Below are positions 10,483 through 20,136 of a DNA stretch of 32,000 bases, in pieces; positions within the stretch are counted from its first letter, which is position 1; every line of letters begins with the position of its first letter. The position numbers and the translations under genes are program-made. The notes beneath the pieces are model-generated. The model worked only from the letters and a program-made list of their open reading frames with translations. It did not search any database and was not told the origin of the DNA. Source of the DNA: Floricoccus tropicus (GTDB lineage: Bacteria > Bacillota > Bacilli > Lactobacillales > Streptococcaceae); assembly GCF_001832905.1 (NCBI RefSeq), contig NZ_MKIR01000001.1, forward strand, positions 214,855 through 246,854. Direction: 5' to 3'.

Positions 10483-10530
10483 AATATACTCCGAGATTTC
10501 AAATTGATTTATTTAGACAAACAGACTACT

Positions 10531-13500
10531 CTATTCGCCCTTCGTTGCTCTTTTTGCCGCACGTTCAGCTCGTCTTGCTGCCCTTCTAGCTTCTGCCTCT
10601 GGGTCAACAACTCGCTCTCGTTTTTCACGTCTTACTGGTTTCTCAACCTTTTCTGAATCTACTTTGACTGTTCCTTTAGCTTTTTCTTCTTTAGCAAGAA
10701 ATTTTTCAGCATCGCCAGACATCCTTGCATAACGTAAAAACTTGCGTCTTGCATCTTGTTTCGTCTTTTCAAACAATAACTCTGCTTTGCCAGGATTAAG
10801 TGCTTTTAAGCTTGAAAAACGAACTTGCTGTAACATGAAATCTGTCATTTGATCAAAGTTTGGTTTTTTGAAATCTAAAGTTAGAGGATTTTTACCTTTT
10901 TCTTCTAGGTCTGGATTATATCTATAAAGTTGCCAATAACCTGAATCAACTGCCTCTTTTGCTTCAGTCAGTGTCTTACCCATTCCCCCACGTAAACCAT
11001 GGGAGATACAAGGAGTATAGGCAATAATTAGGGAAGGACCATTATGTCTTTCTGCTTCCTCAAATGCTTTTATAGTTTGCATTTGATTTGCTCCACTTGC
11101 AATTTGAGCCACATAAACATTACCATATGTCATTGCCATGAAGCCAAGATCTTTTTTAGCTGCTTCTTTACCGGCTGCTGAGAATTTTTCGATTGCACTT
11201 GCGGGGGTAGCCTTTGAAACCTGTCCACCAGTATTAGCATAAACCTCATTATCCATAACTAATAAGTTGACATCAGCACCACTTGCAATTACATGGTCAA
11301 TACCACCATAACCAATGTCATATGCCCAGCCATCTCCACCAATCATCCATTGACTTGGTTTAACAAATTGATCCTGATGCTTGATAATTTCTTTAAAAGC
11401 ATCATTATCTGAGACATCTTTCAATGCTGATTTTAATTTTTCAGCTCTCTGTCTTGTTCCTTGCGACTCAAAGCGATGCTCAATCCAGTCCTTCATCAAA
11501 TTAGCAAGTTCTTCAGATGCAAAAGGAATCAACTCTTCCATTTGAGATGCTAATTTATCTCTGCGTGCTACACTCGCAAGCCACATTCCATAACCAAATT
11601 CCGCATTATCTTCTAATAAAGAATTCGACCAAGCTGGACCTTGTCCATCTTCATTTGTGGTATAAGGAGTTGCAGGAGCAGCTCCTCCCCATATTGAAGA
11701 ACATCCAGTAGCATTAGCAATCATCATCCTATCACCAAACATTTGTGTTAGTAATTTTACATAAGGAGTTTCACCACAACCTGAACATGCACCAGAAAAT
11801 TCTAGTAATGGTTTATTAAACTGACTTCCAAGAACTGTATTCTCCCTTGCTGGATTCTCTTTTTGTTTTAGAGTCATTGAAAATGCCCAATTTATGGTTT
11901 GGTCATTAACTTCTTCATAAGGCTTCATGACTAGGGCACCTTTTTCTTTGGCAGGACATGCCTCAACACAAAGTCCACAACCCGTGCAGTCTTCAACAGA
12001 AACTTGTATTCGATACATGAGTCCGTCTTTACCTTTAAAATCTTTTACATGGTACCCATCAGGTGCTTGATTCATTTCATCTTCATCAATTAAGAATGGA
12101 CGAATCGCAGCATGAGGACATACAAATGAACATTGATTACATGCCGTACATGCTTCAGCATTCCAAACAGGAACTTCAAGGGCCACTCCGCGTTTTTCAA
12201 ATGCTGCGGTACCAACAGGTATGCGACCGTCAGTCATATTATTTACAACTAAATCACCAACAGAAAGCTCATCACCTTCTTGTGAGTTGACACTATTAAG
12301 AATTTGGAAAACATATTTGTTCTCCCCCTTGTTACCTTTTTTCTTTTCTGGTGCTTGTGCATATTTCCAAGATTCAGGAACTTCAACCTTATGTAATCTT
12401 TCAGCAGCTAGGTCCATTGCTAAGTGGTTACTCTCAACAATTTTCATTGATTTTCTTGCATAAGAATCTAGTGCATCTTGTTTTAAAATACTCATTGCCT
12501 GATCAAATGGCATGATATTTGTTAATTTAAAGAAGGCAACTTGCATTGCAGTATTTATTCTTCTTCCAAGACCCACCTCACGAGCAATATTTACAGCATC
12601 AAGAGTATAAAATTCAATATTATTTTCAGCAATATACCTTTTAAACTTACTTGGTAAATGCTTATCTAATTGTTCATCACTCCATAAAGTGTTTAGTAAG
12701 AATGTCCCTCCAGGTTTAAGCCCCTTTAAAACGTCATACTGATGGAGGTAATTTGAAGCATGAACAGCTACAAAGTCAGCACTTTGTATTAGATATGTTG
12801 ATTTTATAGGTGTACTTCCAAACCTTAAATGACTAACAGTTAGTCCACCTGATTTCTTAGAGTCATATGAAAATGCACCTTGTATATATTTATCGGTATT
12901 ATTACCAATAATCTTTATAGCAGATTTATTTGCACCAACAGTACCATCACTACCAAATCCCCAGAATTTAGCTTGATAGGTTGTAGATGGAGTCAAGTCA
13001 ATTTCTTCACCCAAGTCAAGTGATAAATTAGTCACATCATCCTTTATACCTACTGTAAATAATGTTTTAGATTTTTCCTTTAAAAGCTCATCATATACAG
13101 CAATTATTTGTTGCGGTGTTGTATCCTTACTTCCGATTCCGTAACGACCACCAATTACTTTTACATCATGATCAAATAATGCACTTTTAACATCAAGATA
13201 AAGCGGCTCACCATTACTTCCAGGTTCTTTTGTCCTATCTAAGACAGCAATATTTTTTGCAGTTTTAGGTAAATGTTCTATAAAATTTTCAACAGGGAAT
13301 GGACGATATAAATGAATATTAATAAAACCGACCTTGCGTCCATTTACATTTAAATAGTCAACAACTTGCTCTATTGTTTGTCCAACACTACCTAATGATA
13401 CAATAACTTCAGTTGCTTCAGGATCACCATAATAATTAACTAAATCATAACTTGTTCCGCGAAGTTCATTAATTTTTCTCATATATTTTTGAACTATAGC

Positions 13501-14211
13501 TGGAGTCGCTTCGTAATATGAGTTTACTGTTTCTCTTTGTTGAAAATGAATGTCAGGGTTTTGATTGCTTCCAGATACTGAAGGATGATCCGGGTTCATT
13601 GCTCGATTTCTAAACTCTTCAAGCTTTTCTTCATTAATCATTTCTGCAAGATCTTCATAGTTAATTACATCAATTTTTTGTAATTCATGACTTGTCCTAA
13701 ATCCATCAAAAAAATTGAGGAAGGGAACACTGGCCTCAATTGTTGCTAAATGTGCAACAGCTGATAAGTCCATAACTTCCTGAACACTCGCCTCTGCAAG
13801 CATTGCATAACCAGTTGTTCTTGCAGTCATAATATCGCTTTGATCTCCAAATATATTCAAAGCATTTGTAGTAACAGCTCTCGCAGCTACATGTATTACA
13901 CTTGGTAATAATTCACCAGCAATTTTAAATAAGCTTGGAATCATTAGAAGTAAGCCTTGACTTGCTGTGTATGTAGTTGCTAAAGCACCAGCTTTTAATG
14001 CACCATGTACCGCACCTGCAGCACCTGCTTCACTCTGCATCTCAGTTATTTTTACTGGTTGACCCCAAATATTTTTTTTACCTTGACTTGACCATTCGTC
14101 AGTATACTCAGCCATCGGGGAACTTGGAGTAATGGGGTATATTGCTGATATTTCTGAAAAAGCATAGGCAATATGTGCTGCAGCCATATTCCCATCCATA
14201 GTTTTTTTCAT
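10531..14211 (-). CDS. nifJ: pyruvate:ferredoxin (flavodoxin) oxidoreductase, single-chain PFOR
   Basis: Two 4Fe-4S ferredoxin motifs (CTACNQCSFVCPHAAIRP, CTGCGLCVEACP) and a TPP site GGDGWAYDIGYGG; total length is above 1200 aa. The start was trimmed from 14280 to ATG 14211 (MKKTMDGNMAAAH) behind GAGGAGG. A 60-aa K/R/E/A-rich tail lies at the C-terminus. Confidence 0.95.
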   Translation of the reverse strand: MKKTMDGNMAAAHIAYAFSEISAIYPITPSSPMAEYTDEWSSQGKKNIWGQPVKITEMQSEAGAAGAVHGALKAGALATTYTASQGLLLMIPSLFKIAGELLPSVIHVAARAVTTNALNIFGDQSDIMTARTTGYAMLAEASVQEVMDLSAVAHLATIEASVPFLNFFDGFRTSHELQKIDVINYEDLAEMINEEKLEEFRNRAMNPDHPSVSGSNQNPDIHFQQRETVNSYYEATPAIVQKYMRKINELRGTSYDLVNYYGDPEATEVIVSLGSVGQTIEQVVDYLNVNGRKVGFINIHLYRPFPVENFIEHLPKTAKNIAVLDRTKEPGSNGEPLYLDVKSALFDHDVKVIGGRYGIGSKDTTPQQIIAVYDELLKEKSKTLFTVGIKDDVTNLSLDLGEEIDLTPSTTYQAKFWGFGSDGTVGANKSAIKIIGNNTDKYIQGAFSYDSKKSGGLTVSHLRFGSTPIKSTYLIQSADFVAVHASNYLHQYDVLKGLKPGGTFLLNTLWSDEQLDKHLPSKFKRYIAENNIEFYTLDAVNIAREVGLGRRINTAMQVAFFKLTNIMPFDQAMSILKQDALDSYARKSMKIVESNHLAMDLAAERLHKVEVPESWKYAQAPEKKKGNKGENKYVFQILNSVNSQEGDELSVGDLVVNNMTDGRIPVGTAAFEKRGVALEVPVWNAEACTACNQCSFVCPHAAIRPFLIDEDEMNQAPDGYHVKDFKGKDGLMYRIQVSVEDCTGCGLCVEACPAKEKGALVMKPYEEVNDQTINWAFSMTLKQKENPARENTVLGSQFNKPLLEFSGACSGCGETPYVKLLTQMFGDRMMIANATGCSSIWGGAAPATPYTTNEDGQGPAWSNSLLEDNAEFGYGMWLASVARRDKLASQMEELIPFASEELANLMKDWIEHRFESQGTRQRAEKLKSALKDVSDNDAFKEIIKHQDQFVKPSQWMIGGDGWAYDIGYGGIDHVIASGADVNLLVMDNEVYANTGGQVSKATPASAIEKFSAAGKEAAKKDLGFMAMTYGNVYVAQIASGANQMQTIKAFEEAERHNGPSLIIAYTPCISHGLRGGMGKTLTEAKEAVDSGYWQLYRYNPDLEEKGKNPLTLDFKKPNFDQMTDFMLQQVRFSSLKALNPGKAELLFEKTKQDARRKFLRYARMSGDAEKFLAKEEKAKGTVKVDSEKVEKPVRREKRERVVDPEAEARRAARRAERAAKRATKGE

Positions 14212-14288
14212 CTTATTCTTTTCCTCCTCTAGAGGGTCTTTGATATTATATGTTGGTATTTTACTGAATAAAATCAGCATTCTTATCT

Positions 14289-14297
14289 ATTTTAACA
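14289..14297 (-). promoter_or_regulatory. extended -10 promoter element (TGtTAAAAT) for nifJ
   Basis: The minus strand reads GTGTTAAAATAGATAA about 70 nt upstream of the nifJ ATG. The -35 hexamer is weak or absent. Confidence 0.4.
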
Positions 14298-14408
14298 CTT
14301 TTTAGTCCAAAATTGTGCGATAATGCAAAAAAGTCTATTGTTTTATGGACAAATTTTAGATAAATAGTAAAATCAAAATCTTAAAGTTTTCATAAAATTT
14401 TTAAGATC

Positions 14409-14440
14409 AAAAAAAGCTATCCAAAAATTTGGATAGCTTC
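14409..14440 (-). terminator. rho-independent terminator after pta
   Basis: Perfect 9-bp stem AAGCTATCC (14414-14422) / GGATAGCTT (14431-14439) followed by a U-run on the minus strand. Confidence 0.75.
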
Positions 14441-14452
14441 TCACAGATTTTA

Positions 14453-15478
14453 TTATTCATTACCTGCTGTTTCGTCTGCTGCAGCGGCTTCTGCTAATTT
14501 ATTATCAATAGCTTGTGCTGCTGTAATAAGAGCAAGTTTATATACTTCTTCTTCATTACAACCACGAGATAAATCAGAAACTGGTTTGTTCAATCCTTGA
14601 AGGATTGGCCCAACAGCGTCAAAGTTACCTAAACGTTGTGCAATCTTGTAGCCAATGTTACCAGATTGTAAATCCGGGAATACAAATACTGTTGCTTTAC
14701 CAGCAACTTCACTTCCTGGAGCTTTAAGTGCACCAACATTTGAATCATAAGCTGCGTCAAATTGGAATTCTCCATCAAGAGCTAAATCAGGACGTGCTTC
14801 TTGAGCAAGTTTAGTAGCTTCTACAACTTTATCAACATCTGGTGATTTACCACTTCCTTTTGTAGAGAAGCTTAGCATTGCTACTTTTGGATCGATATCA
14901 AATAGTTCAGCAGTTTCAGCAGAAGCAATCGCAATGTCAGCTAGTGCTTGAGCATCTGGTTCAATATTGATAGCACAGTCACTGAAGATGTATCTTTCTT
15001 GATCACGACCGCGGAGTAATAGGAAAGCCCCACTAGTTCGAGAAATTCCAGGTTTTGTTTTAATAATTTGAAGTGCTGGACGAACTGTATCAGCTGTTGA
15101 GTGAATGGCTCCACTAACAAAACCATCAGCAATTCCCATTTGAACAAGCATGATTCCAAAGTAATTTTCGTCTAAAAGTAATTCACGTGCTTGTTCAGGA
15201 GTGACTTTACCTTTACGGATTTTAACTAATTCTTCTATAAAAAGTTCAGTTCTTCCACAATTTCTTGGGTCGTAACTTTCATAACCTTCAGATACAATCC
15301 CTGTATCTTTAAAGTTAGCAGCAATCTGTTCTTTGTTACCAACTAAAACTGGGATTATGTGTCCTTCAGCTCTTAAACGGTTTACCGCTCCTAGTACACG
15401 TGGGTCAGTTGCTTCAGGGAAAACAATTTTGATGCCTTTTCCTGAAATTTTGCTTTTTAGTGATTCAAATAAATCCAT
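14453..15478 (-). CDS. pta: phosphate acetyltransferase
   Basis: About 341 aa, short PTA type, starting MDLFESLKSKISGKGIKIVFPE, with ...SGAIHSTADTVRPALQIIKT... and C-terminal SDLSRGC. The start was moved from 15526 to ATG 15478 behind AGAGGAGAA. Confidence 0.95.
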   Translation of the reverse strand: MDLFESLKSKISGKGIKIVFPEATDPRVLGAVNRLRAEGHIIPVLVGNKEQIAANFKDTGIVSEGYESYDPRNCGRTELFIEELVKIRKGKVTPEQARELLLDENYFGIMLVQMGIADGFVSGAIHSTADTVRPALQIIKTKPGISRTSGAFLLLRGRDQERYIFSDCAINIEPDAQALADIAIASAETAELFDIDPKVAMLSFSTKGSGKSPDVDKVVEATKLAQEARPDLALDGEFQFDAAYDSNVGALKAPGSEVAGKATVFVFPDLQSGNIGYKIAQRLGNFDAVGPILQGLNKPVSDLSRGCNEEEVYKLALITAAQAIDNKLAEAAAADETAGNE

Positions 15479-15514
15479 TGGTATTCTCCTCTTTTTTCTA
15501 AGAAATTCACTTTC

Positions 15515-15543
15515 ATTATAGCTCAAAGCTTGTGAAATGTAAA
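15515..15543 (-). promoter_or_regulatory. sigma-A promoter for pta (TTTACA-17-TATAAT)
   Basis: The minus strand has TTTACA (15543-15538), a 17-nt spacer and TATAAT (15520-15515), about 30 nt upstream of the pta ATG. The -35 hexamer abuts the ung stop codon. Confidence 0.6.
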
Positions 15544-15551
15544 CGATTACG
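15538..15551. promoter_or_regulatory. candidate cre (CcpA) site at the pta promoter
   Basis: TGTAAACGATTACG differs from the TGWAANCGNTNWCA consensus at one position (last base). It overlaps the -35 hexamer of the pta promoter and the ung stop codon. Confidence 0.45.
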
Positions 15552-16191
15552 AATACTTAATAGGACTTTTATCCTGTACTATTAGTGTATTATTTATTTG
15601 TGAAAAAGGTTTGCTACCGAAAAACCCACGATTTGCAGAAAACGGACTTGGATGTGCTGATTTAATTACCTTACCACTTATCAAGTGTTCGTATGATTGG
15701 GCATGTTTGCCCCACAATACCCAGATAATATCAGGCCGCTTTTCACTTAAATATGAAATGGTATTTTCAATAAAAGTCGACCAGCCAATTTTTGCATGAC
15801 TTGCTGGTTGATGAGCAACCACTGTTAATGCCGTATTAAGCAAAAATATGCCCTGCTCCGCCCAATCAGTCAGATCACCATTGGTACGCTTGATTCCAAG
15901 GTCAGATTCAAGTTCTTTAAAGATGTTTCTGAGGCTAGCAGGTAATTTATCACCTTCACGTACTGAAAAAGCTAAACCTGTTGCTTGACCATTATGATAC
16001 GGATCCTGACCAATTATTACAACTTTTATCTTATCTAGTGGTGTAATATCGTACGCTCTGAAAACATCATTTAATGCAGGATATACCTCGTCAGTTTCAT
16101 AGACTAATTTCACCTTCTTTTGTAAATCATGATAATAGTCTTTTTTTCTTTCAATTTCAAAAAAAGGTTCCCAAGATGCATGATTTTTCAT
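15547..16191 (-). CDS. ung: uracil-DNA glycosylase
   Basis: 214 aa with the catalytic motif GQDPYH and C-terminal HPSPFSA. Its start overlaps the udk stop by 1 nt. Confidence 0.96.
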   Translation of the reverse strand: MKNHASWEPFFEIERKKDYYHDLQKKVKLVYETDEVYPALNDVFRAYDITPLDKIKVVIIGQDPYHNGQATGLAFSVREGDKLPASLRNIFKELESDLGIKRTNGDLTDWAEQGIFLLNTALTVVAHQPASHAKIGWSTFIENTISYLSEKRPDIIWVLWGKHAQSYEHLISGKVIKSAHPSPFSANRGFFGSKPFSQINNTLIVQDKSPIKYS

Positions 16192-16844
16192 TATACATTC
16201 TCTTTCTCGTCAGAATGGTTATCAATATCTAGAATACTTGCAATCTTTGTATTAATAATATCTACACCAACTGTATTACTTACACCTTCAGGAATAATAA
16301 CATCTGCATATCGTTTTGTCGGTTCGATGAATTGGTGATACATTGGTTTTACAGCTGAAAGATATTGACTGACTACACTGTCAAGAGTCCTACCACGTTC
16401 ATCCATGTCGCGCTTGATACGTCGTAAAATTCTTACATCATCATCAGTATCAACAAATATTTTGATGTCCATCATATCACGAAGTCTCTTATCATCTAGA
16501 ACTAAAATTCCTTCAACGATAATTACATCTTGAGGATCCTGTCTATAAGTCTTATCACTTCTTGTATGCTTTTCATAATCGTAAATTGGAATATCAACAG
16601 CTCTGCCTTCTGAGAGCTCTTTTAATTGTTCAATCAGAAAATCTGTATCGAATGCAAACGGATGGTCATAATTCGTTTTTAAACGCTCTGAGAAGTCTAA
16701 ATGACTTTGATCTTTATAGTATGAATCGTGCTCAATCATGGCAATCTTTTCATTTTTGAAATTATCTAAAATTGCTCTAGATACACTTGTTTTTCCACTG
16801 GCACTACCTCCAGTAACACCAATAATTATAGGTTTTTTAGACAT
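16191..16844 (-). CDS. udk: uridine kinase
   Basis: P-loop [11 protein letters not shown] and a typical length of about 210 aa. The track start at 16850 is TTG only 4 nt from GGAG. ATG 16844 (MSKKPIIIG) has a 10-nt spacing and is preferred. Confidence 0.95.
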   Translation of the reverse strand: MSKKPIIIGVTGGSASGKTSVSRAILDNFKNEKIAMIEHDSYYKDQSHLDFSERLKTNYDHPFAFDTDFLIEQLKELSEGRAVDIPIYDYEKHTRSDKTYRQDPQDVIIVEGILVLDDKRLRDMMDIKIFVDTDDDVRILRRIKRDMDERGRTLDSVVSQYLSAVKPMYHQFIEPTKRYADVIIPEGVSNTVGVDIINTKIASILDIDNHSDEKENV

Positions 16845-16878
16845 TGACAATATACTCCATAATATTTATTATTTATCT

Positions 16879-16887
16879 ATTTTAACA
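16879..16887 (-). promoter_or_regulatory. extended -10 promoter element (TGtTAAAAT) for udk
   Basis: The minus strand reads GTGTTAAAATAGATAA about 30 nt upstream of the udk ATG. The same 16-mer occurs at the nifJ promoter. Confidence 0.4.
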
Positions 16888-17000
16888 CACATTTAAAAAA
16901 TTTATGGTTCAATTAAAAAAATTTATGTCTATCTGTTCTAATTTTTGCTAAACTTATGGGATATCAATGTTTATTTAGGATTTATATTTAAGGAGAAAAA

Positions 17001-17861
17001 ATGAGTAACTTTTTGGTTTTACAAACGGATTTTGGTTTGGGTGATGGTGCGGTAAGCGCAATGCACGGTGTAGCACATACTGTTAGTGATGCTATTACAG
17101 TATCGGACTTGACACACGATATACCTCCATATGATATTTGGGTAGCAAGTTATCGACTATATCAAACTGTAAAATATTGGAAGCAAGGAACTGTTTTTGT
17201 AAGTGTTGTTGACCCAGGAGTTGGAAGCGACCGTCGCAGTATAGCTATCAAGACAGTAAGTGGTCATTATATTCTAACACCCGATAATGGATCAATCACT
17301 CACATCGCCCACTATGACGGCATAGCTGAAGTTCGAGCTATTGATGAGGTAAAAAGCCGCTTGCCACATTCTGAAGAAAGTCACACATTCCATGGACGTG
17401 ATATATATGCATATAACGGTGCTCGATTAGCAAGTAATGAAATTAAGTTCGAAGATTTAGGTGATGTTATCGAGTTAGATGAAATTGAAAAGCTTAAAAT
17501 CGTTGAAGCAACAAAAGATAACCACATATTACGTGGATCAATTGATGTGCTAGATGTCAGATTCGGTTCACTGTGGACTAACATCCCACTTGATTTCGCT
17601 AAAGATGAGAATATAGACCAAAACAATCAAGTTCAGGTTACAATTTATCATGAGGATAAAAAAGTTTATCAGAATACCATGGTATTTGCACGAAGCTTTG
17701 CGGATGTTAATATCGGTGAACCATTAGCTTATGTGAATTCACTTGTTAATATCGGAATTGCTATTAACCAAGACTCATTTAGCAAGCTATATCATATTGG
17801 AACTGGTACTGATTGGATTATTGAAATTCGTAAAGCAACAAAAATTATTTTCGAATATTAA
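17001..17861 (+). CDS. SAM hydroxide adenosyltransferase / SAM hydrolase family protein (DUF62, fluorinase-chlorinase fold)
   Basis: 286 aa. The N-terminus LVLQTDFGLGDGAVSAMHGV, then VSVVDPGVGS and FHGRDIY, are the family signatures as I recall them. An AAGGAGA RBS is present. It is the first gene of a four-gene operon. Confidence 0.85.
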   Translation: MSNFLVLQTDFGLGDGAVSAMHGVAHTVSDAITVSDLTHDIPPYDIWVASYRLYQTVKYWKQGTVFVSVVDPGVGSDRRSIAIKTVSGHYILTPDNGSITHIAHYDGIAEVRAIDEVKSRLPHSEESHTFHGRDIYAYNGARLASNEIKFEDLGDVIELDEIEKLKIVEATKDNHILRGSIDVLDVRFGSLWTNIPLDFAKDENIDQNNQVQVTIYHEDKKVYQNTMVFARSFADVNIGEPLAYVNSLVNIGIAINQDSFSKLYHIGTGTDWIIEIRKATKIIFEY

Positions 17862-17875
17862 GGAGAATATTAATT

Positions 17876-18421
17876 ATGAAAAAACTTTCTGTAAAAAGCG
17901 TTGTAGCAACAGGTATTGGAGCTGCATTGTTCGTTATTGTTGGATTATTTATTCGCATACCACTTTTCCCAAATACTGATATTCAATTACAATACGCAGT
18001 ACTTTCACTCTTCGCTGGATTATTTGGTCCAATTCCTGGATTTTTAATTGGTTTTATCGGACATACTTTGAAAGATTCAATAGCATATGGTGCTCCTTGG
18101 TGGACTTGGTCAATTGCTAGTGGACTTTTAGGTGTCGTGCTTGCTTATGCTGTTAACTCAACTGACCTTGAAAACGGAATTTTTGGTAAATCTCAAATTA
18201 TTCGCTTTAATATCATTCAAATTATTGGTAATATAGTTATCTGGAGTGTACTTGCTCCAATCGGAGATATACTTATTTACAGTGAACCTAGCAACAAAGT
18301 TTTTACTCAAGGTATGATTGCTAGTGTTTCAAATATAATTACTGTTGGTATTGGTGGTACTGCATTACTTGTTTTATATGCCAAAACTCGTACTAAAGAA
18401 GGTAGTTTAACAAAAGATTAG
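17876..18421 (+). CDS. ECF transporter substrate-specific (S) component, UPF0397-like
   Basis: 181 aa with about 5-6 TM helices and small glycine-rich helices (GIGAALFVIVG, GPIPGFLIGFIGH). It sits directly upstream of a dedicated ECF ATPase and T component, with an AAGGAGA RBS 9 nt upstream. Confidence 0.8.
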   Translation: MKKLSVKSVVATGIGAALFVIVGLFIRIPLFPNTDIQLQYAVLSLFAGLFGPIPGFLIGFIGHTLKDSIAYGAPWWTWSIASGLLGVVLAYAVNSTDLENGIFGKSQIIRFNIIQIIGNIVIWSVLAPIGDILIYSEPSNKVFTQGMIASVSNIITVGIGGTALLVLYAKTRTKEGSLTKD

Positions 18422-18429
18422 GAAATCTT

Positions 18430-20136
18430 ATGCAAGAAAAAATTATTGAAATTGAAAATTTTTCCTTTCGCTATAATAGCCAAAGTGAACCAACCCTTAA
18501 AAATATTAATTTAGATATTTTTGAAGGTGAAAAAATACTTATAATTGGACCAAGTGGATCTGGAAAATCTACATTAGGTCAAGCATTGAATGGAATCATT
18601 CCAAATTTACATAAAGGTGAATCAAAGGGCAAATTGTTAGTAAACAGCTTGCCTTTTGGTTCTTCTATATTTGATTTATCTAAATCAATCAGTACGGTCC
18701 TTCAAGATACTGATGACCAATTTATCGGATTAACAGTTGCTGAAGATATTGCCTTTGCTCTTGAAAATGATGAAGTTGGTCAAGAAGAAATGCAAAAGGC
18801 TGTTAAATTTTGGGCAAATACAGTAGAAATTGGAAATTATCTAAATAAAAAACCTCAAGAACTATCTGGTGGTCAAAAGCAGAGAGTTTCTCTTGCTGGA
18901 GTTTTGATTGATGAATCACCAATTTTACTTTTTGATGAACCTCTGGCAAACCTTGATCCCAAGTCTGGACGAGATACAATTGAACTCATCGACAAAATTC
19001 ATAAGGAAACAAAAGCAACTTGTATCATCATTGAGCATCGCTTAGAAGACGTACTTCATGCTGATATTGATCGAATTGTTTTGATTAGTGACGGGCAAGT
19101 TCTTTACAATGATTCTGCTGAAAAATTATTATCATCTCATCTTCTTCAAGAAAATGGATTACGAGAACCTCTATATGTCTCAGCCCTTAAATATGCTGGT
19201 TTAGATGTTTCAAATGTAAAAGAAATCGCAAATATAAACAAACTTCAATTAACAGAAGATCAAAAGAAACAATTGCTAACATGGTCAAATGAAATTAAGA
19301 ATACCAGTCAGTTAACCAAGAAAGATGAACTTTTAAGACTTACTGATTTTTCTGTTTCCTATGGTAATGATTCAATTCTAGAAAATATCAACTTAACAGT
19401 TGATTCTGGTCAACGTGTTTCTATCGTCGGACAAAATGGTGCTGGTAAATCTACCTTAGTCAAAGCCATCTGCAATTTTATTTCTTCTCAAGGAAAGATT
19501 TATTGGAAGGGACAAGATATTAGCGACGAGAACATAGCTGAAAGAGCAAGTAAGATTGGATTCGTTATGCAGAATCCTAATCATATGATTAGTCAATCGA
19601 TGATTTTTGATGAAGTGGCACTTGGTTTACGTCTTAGAAATGTTGATGAAGATACTGTTAAATCTCGTGTTGAAGAAACTTTGAAAACTTGTGGACTTTA
19701 CGAATTCAGGAATTGGCCTATTTCAGCTTTGAGTTATGGCCAGAAGAAACGTGTTACTATCGCTTCTATTCTTGTTCTTGAGCCTGAACTTATTATTTTA
19801 GATGAGCCTACTGCGGGTCAAGACTTCAAGCATTATTCGGAATTTATGGATTTTCTTGATCAATTGAATGCCAATGGCAATACAATAATTTCTATCACCC
19901 ATGACATGCATCAAATGATGGAATATAGTGACCGAACTCTTGTCCTCGGAAACAAGACCTTATTAGCTGATAAGTTACCTGCTGATGTTTTAACAAATGA
20001 AGAATTAATTAAGGAAGCTCATTTGAAGAAAACAAGTCTCTTCTCCTTAGCTCAAAATGTTGGTATTAAGGATGAGGAAGCCTTTATTGCAAACTTTATT
20101 AAATACGAGCAAGAAAGGAGGGATATTAATGAATGA
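18430..20136 (+). CDS. fused tandem ECF/ABC ATPase (EcfA-EcfA' in one polypeptide)
   Basis: 568 aa with two NBDs. NBD1 has GPSGSGKST, LSGGQKQR and LLFDEP. NBD2 has GQNGAGKST, a variant signature LSYGQKKR and IILDEP. Confidence 0.9.
   Translation: MQEKIIEIENFSFRYNSQSEPTLKNINLDIFEGEKILIIGPSGSGKSTLGQALNGIIPNLHKGESKGKLLVNSLPFGSSIFDLSKSISTVLQDTDDQFIGLTVAEDIAFALENDEVGQEEMQKAVKFWANTVEIGNYLNKKPQELSGGQKQRVSLAGVLIDESPILLFDEPLANLDPKSGRDTIELIDKIHKETKATCIIIEHRLEDVLHADIDRIVLISDGQVLYNDSAEKLLSSHLLQENGLREPLYVSALKYAGLDVSNVKEIANINKLQLTEDQKKQLLTWSNEIKNTSQLTKKDELLRLTDFSVSYGNDSILENINLTVDSGQRVSIVGQNGAGKSTLVKAICNFISSQGKIYWKGQDISDENIAERASKIGFVMQNPNHMISQSMIFDEVALGLRLRNVDEDTVKSRVEETLKTCGLYEFRNWPISALSYGQKKRVTIASILVLEPELIILDEPTAGQDFKHYSEFMDFLDQLNANGNTIISITHDMHQMMEYSDRTLVLGNKTLLADKLPADVLTNEELIKEAHLKKTSLFSLAQNVGIKDEEAFIANFIKYEQERRDINE

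Noticed and set aside
14313-14330. Possible Rex operator (TTGTGCGATAATGCAAAA) upstream of nifJ, and a TTGTGAA half-site at 15530-15536 near pta
   Set aside because: Only one half matches the TTGTGAA-N4-TTCACAA consensus in each case, and the second half-site is missing or badly degenerate.
16904-16951. 15-codon ORF (MVQLKKFMSICSNFC) in the udk/DUF62 divergent region, and a search for a SAM riboswitch ahead of the DUF62-ECF operon
   Set aside because: There is no Shine-Dalgarno sequence. The 150-nt AT-rich spacer is largely taken up by two divergent promoters and shows none of the GC-rich helices of S-box or SAM-III elements.
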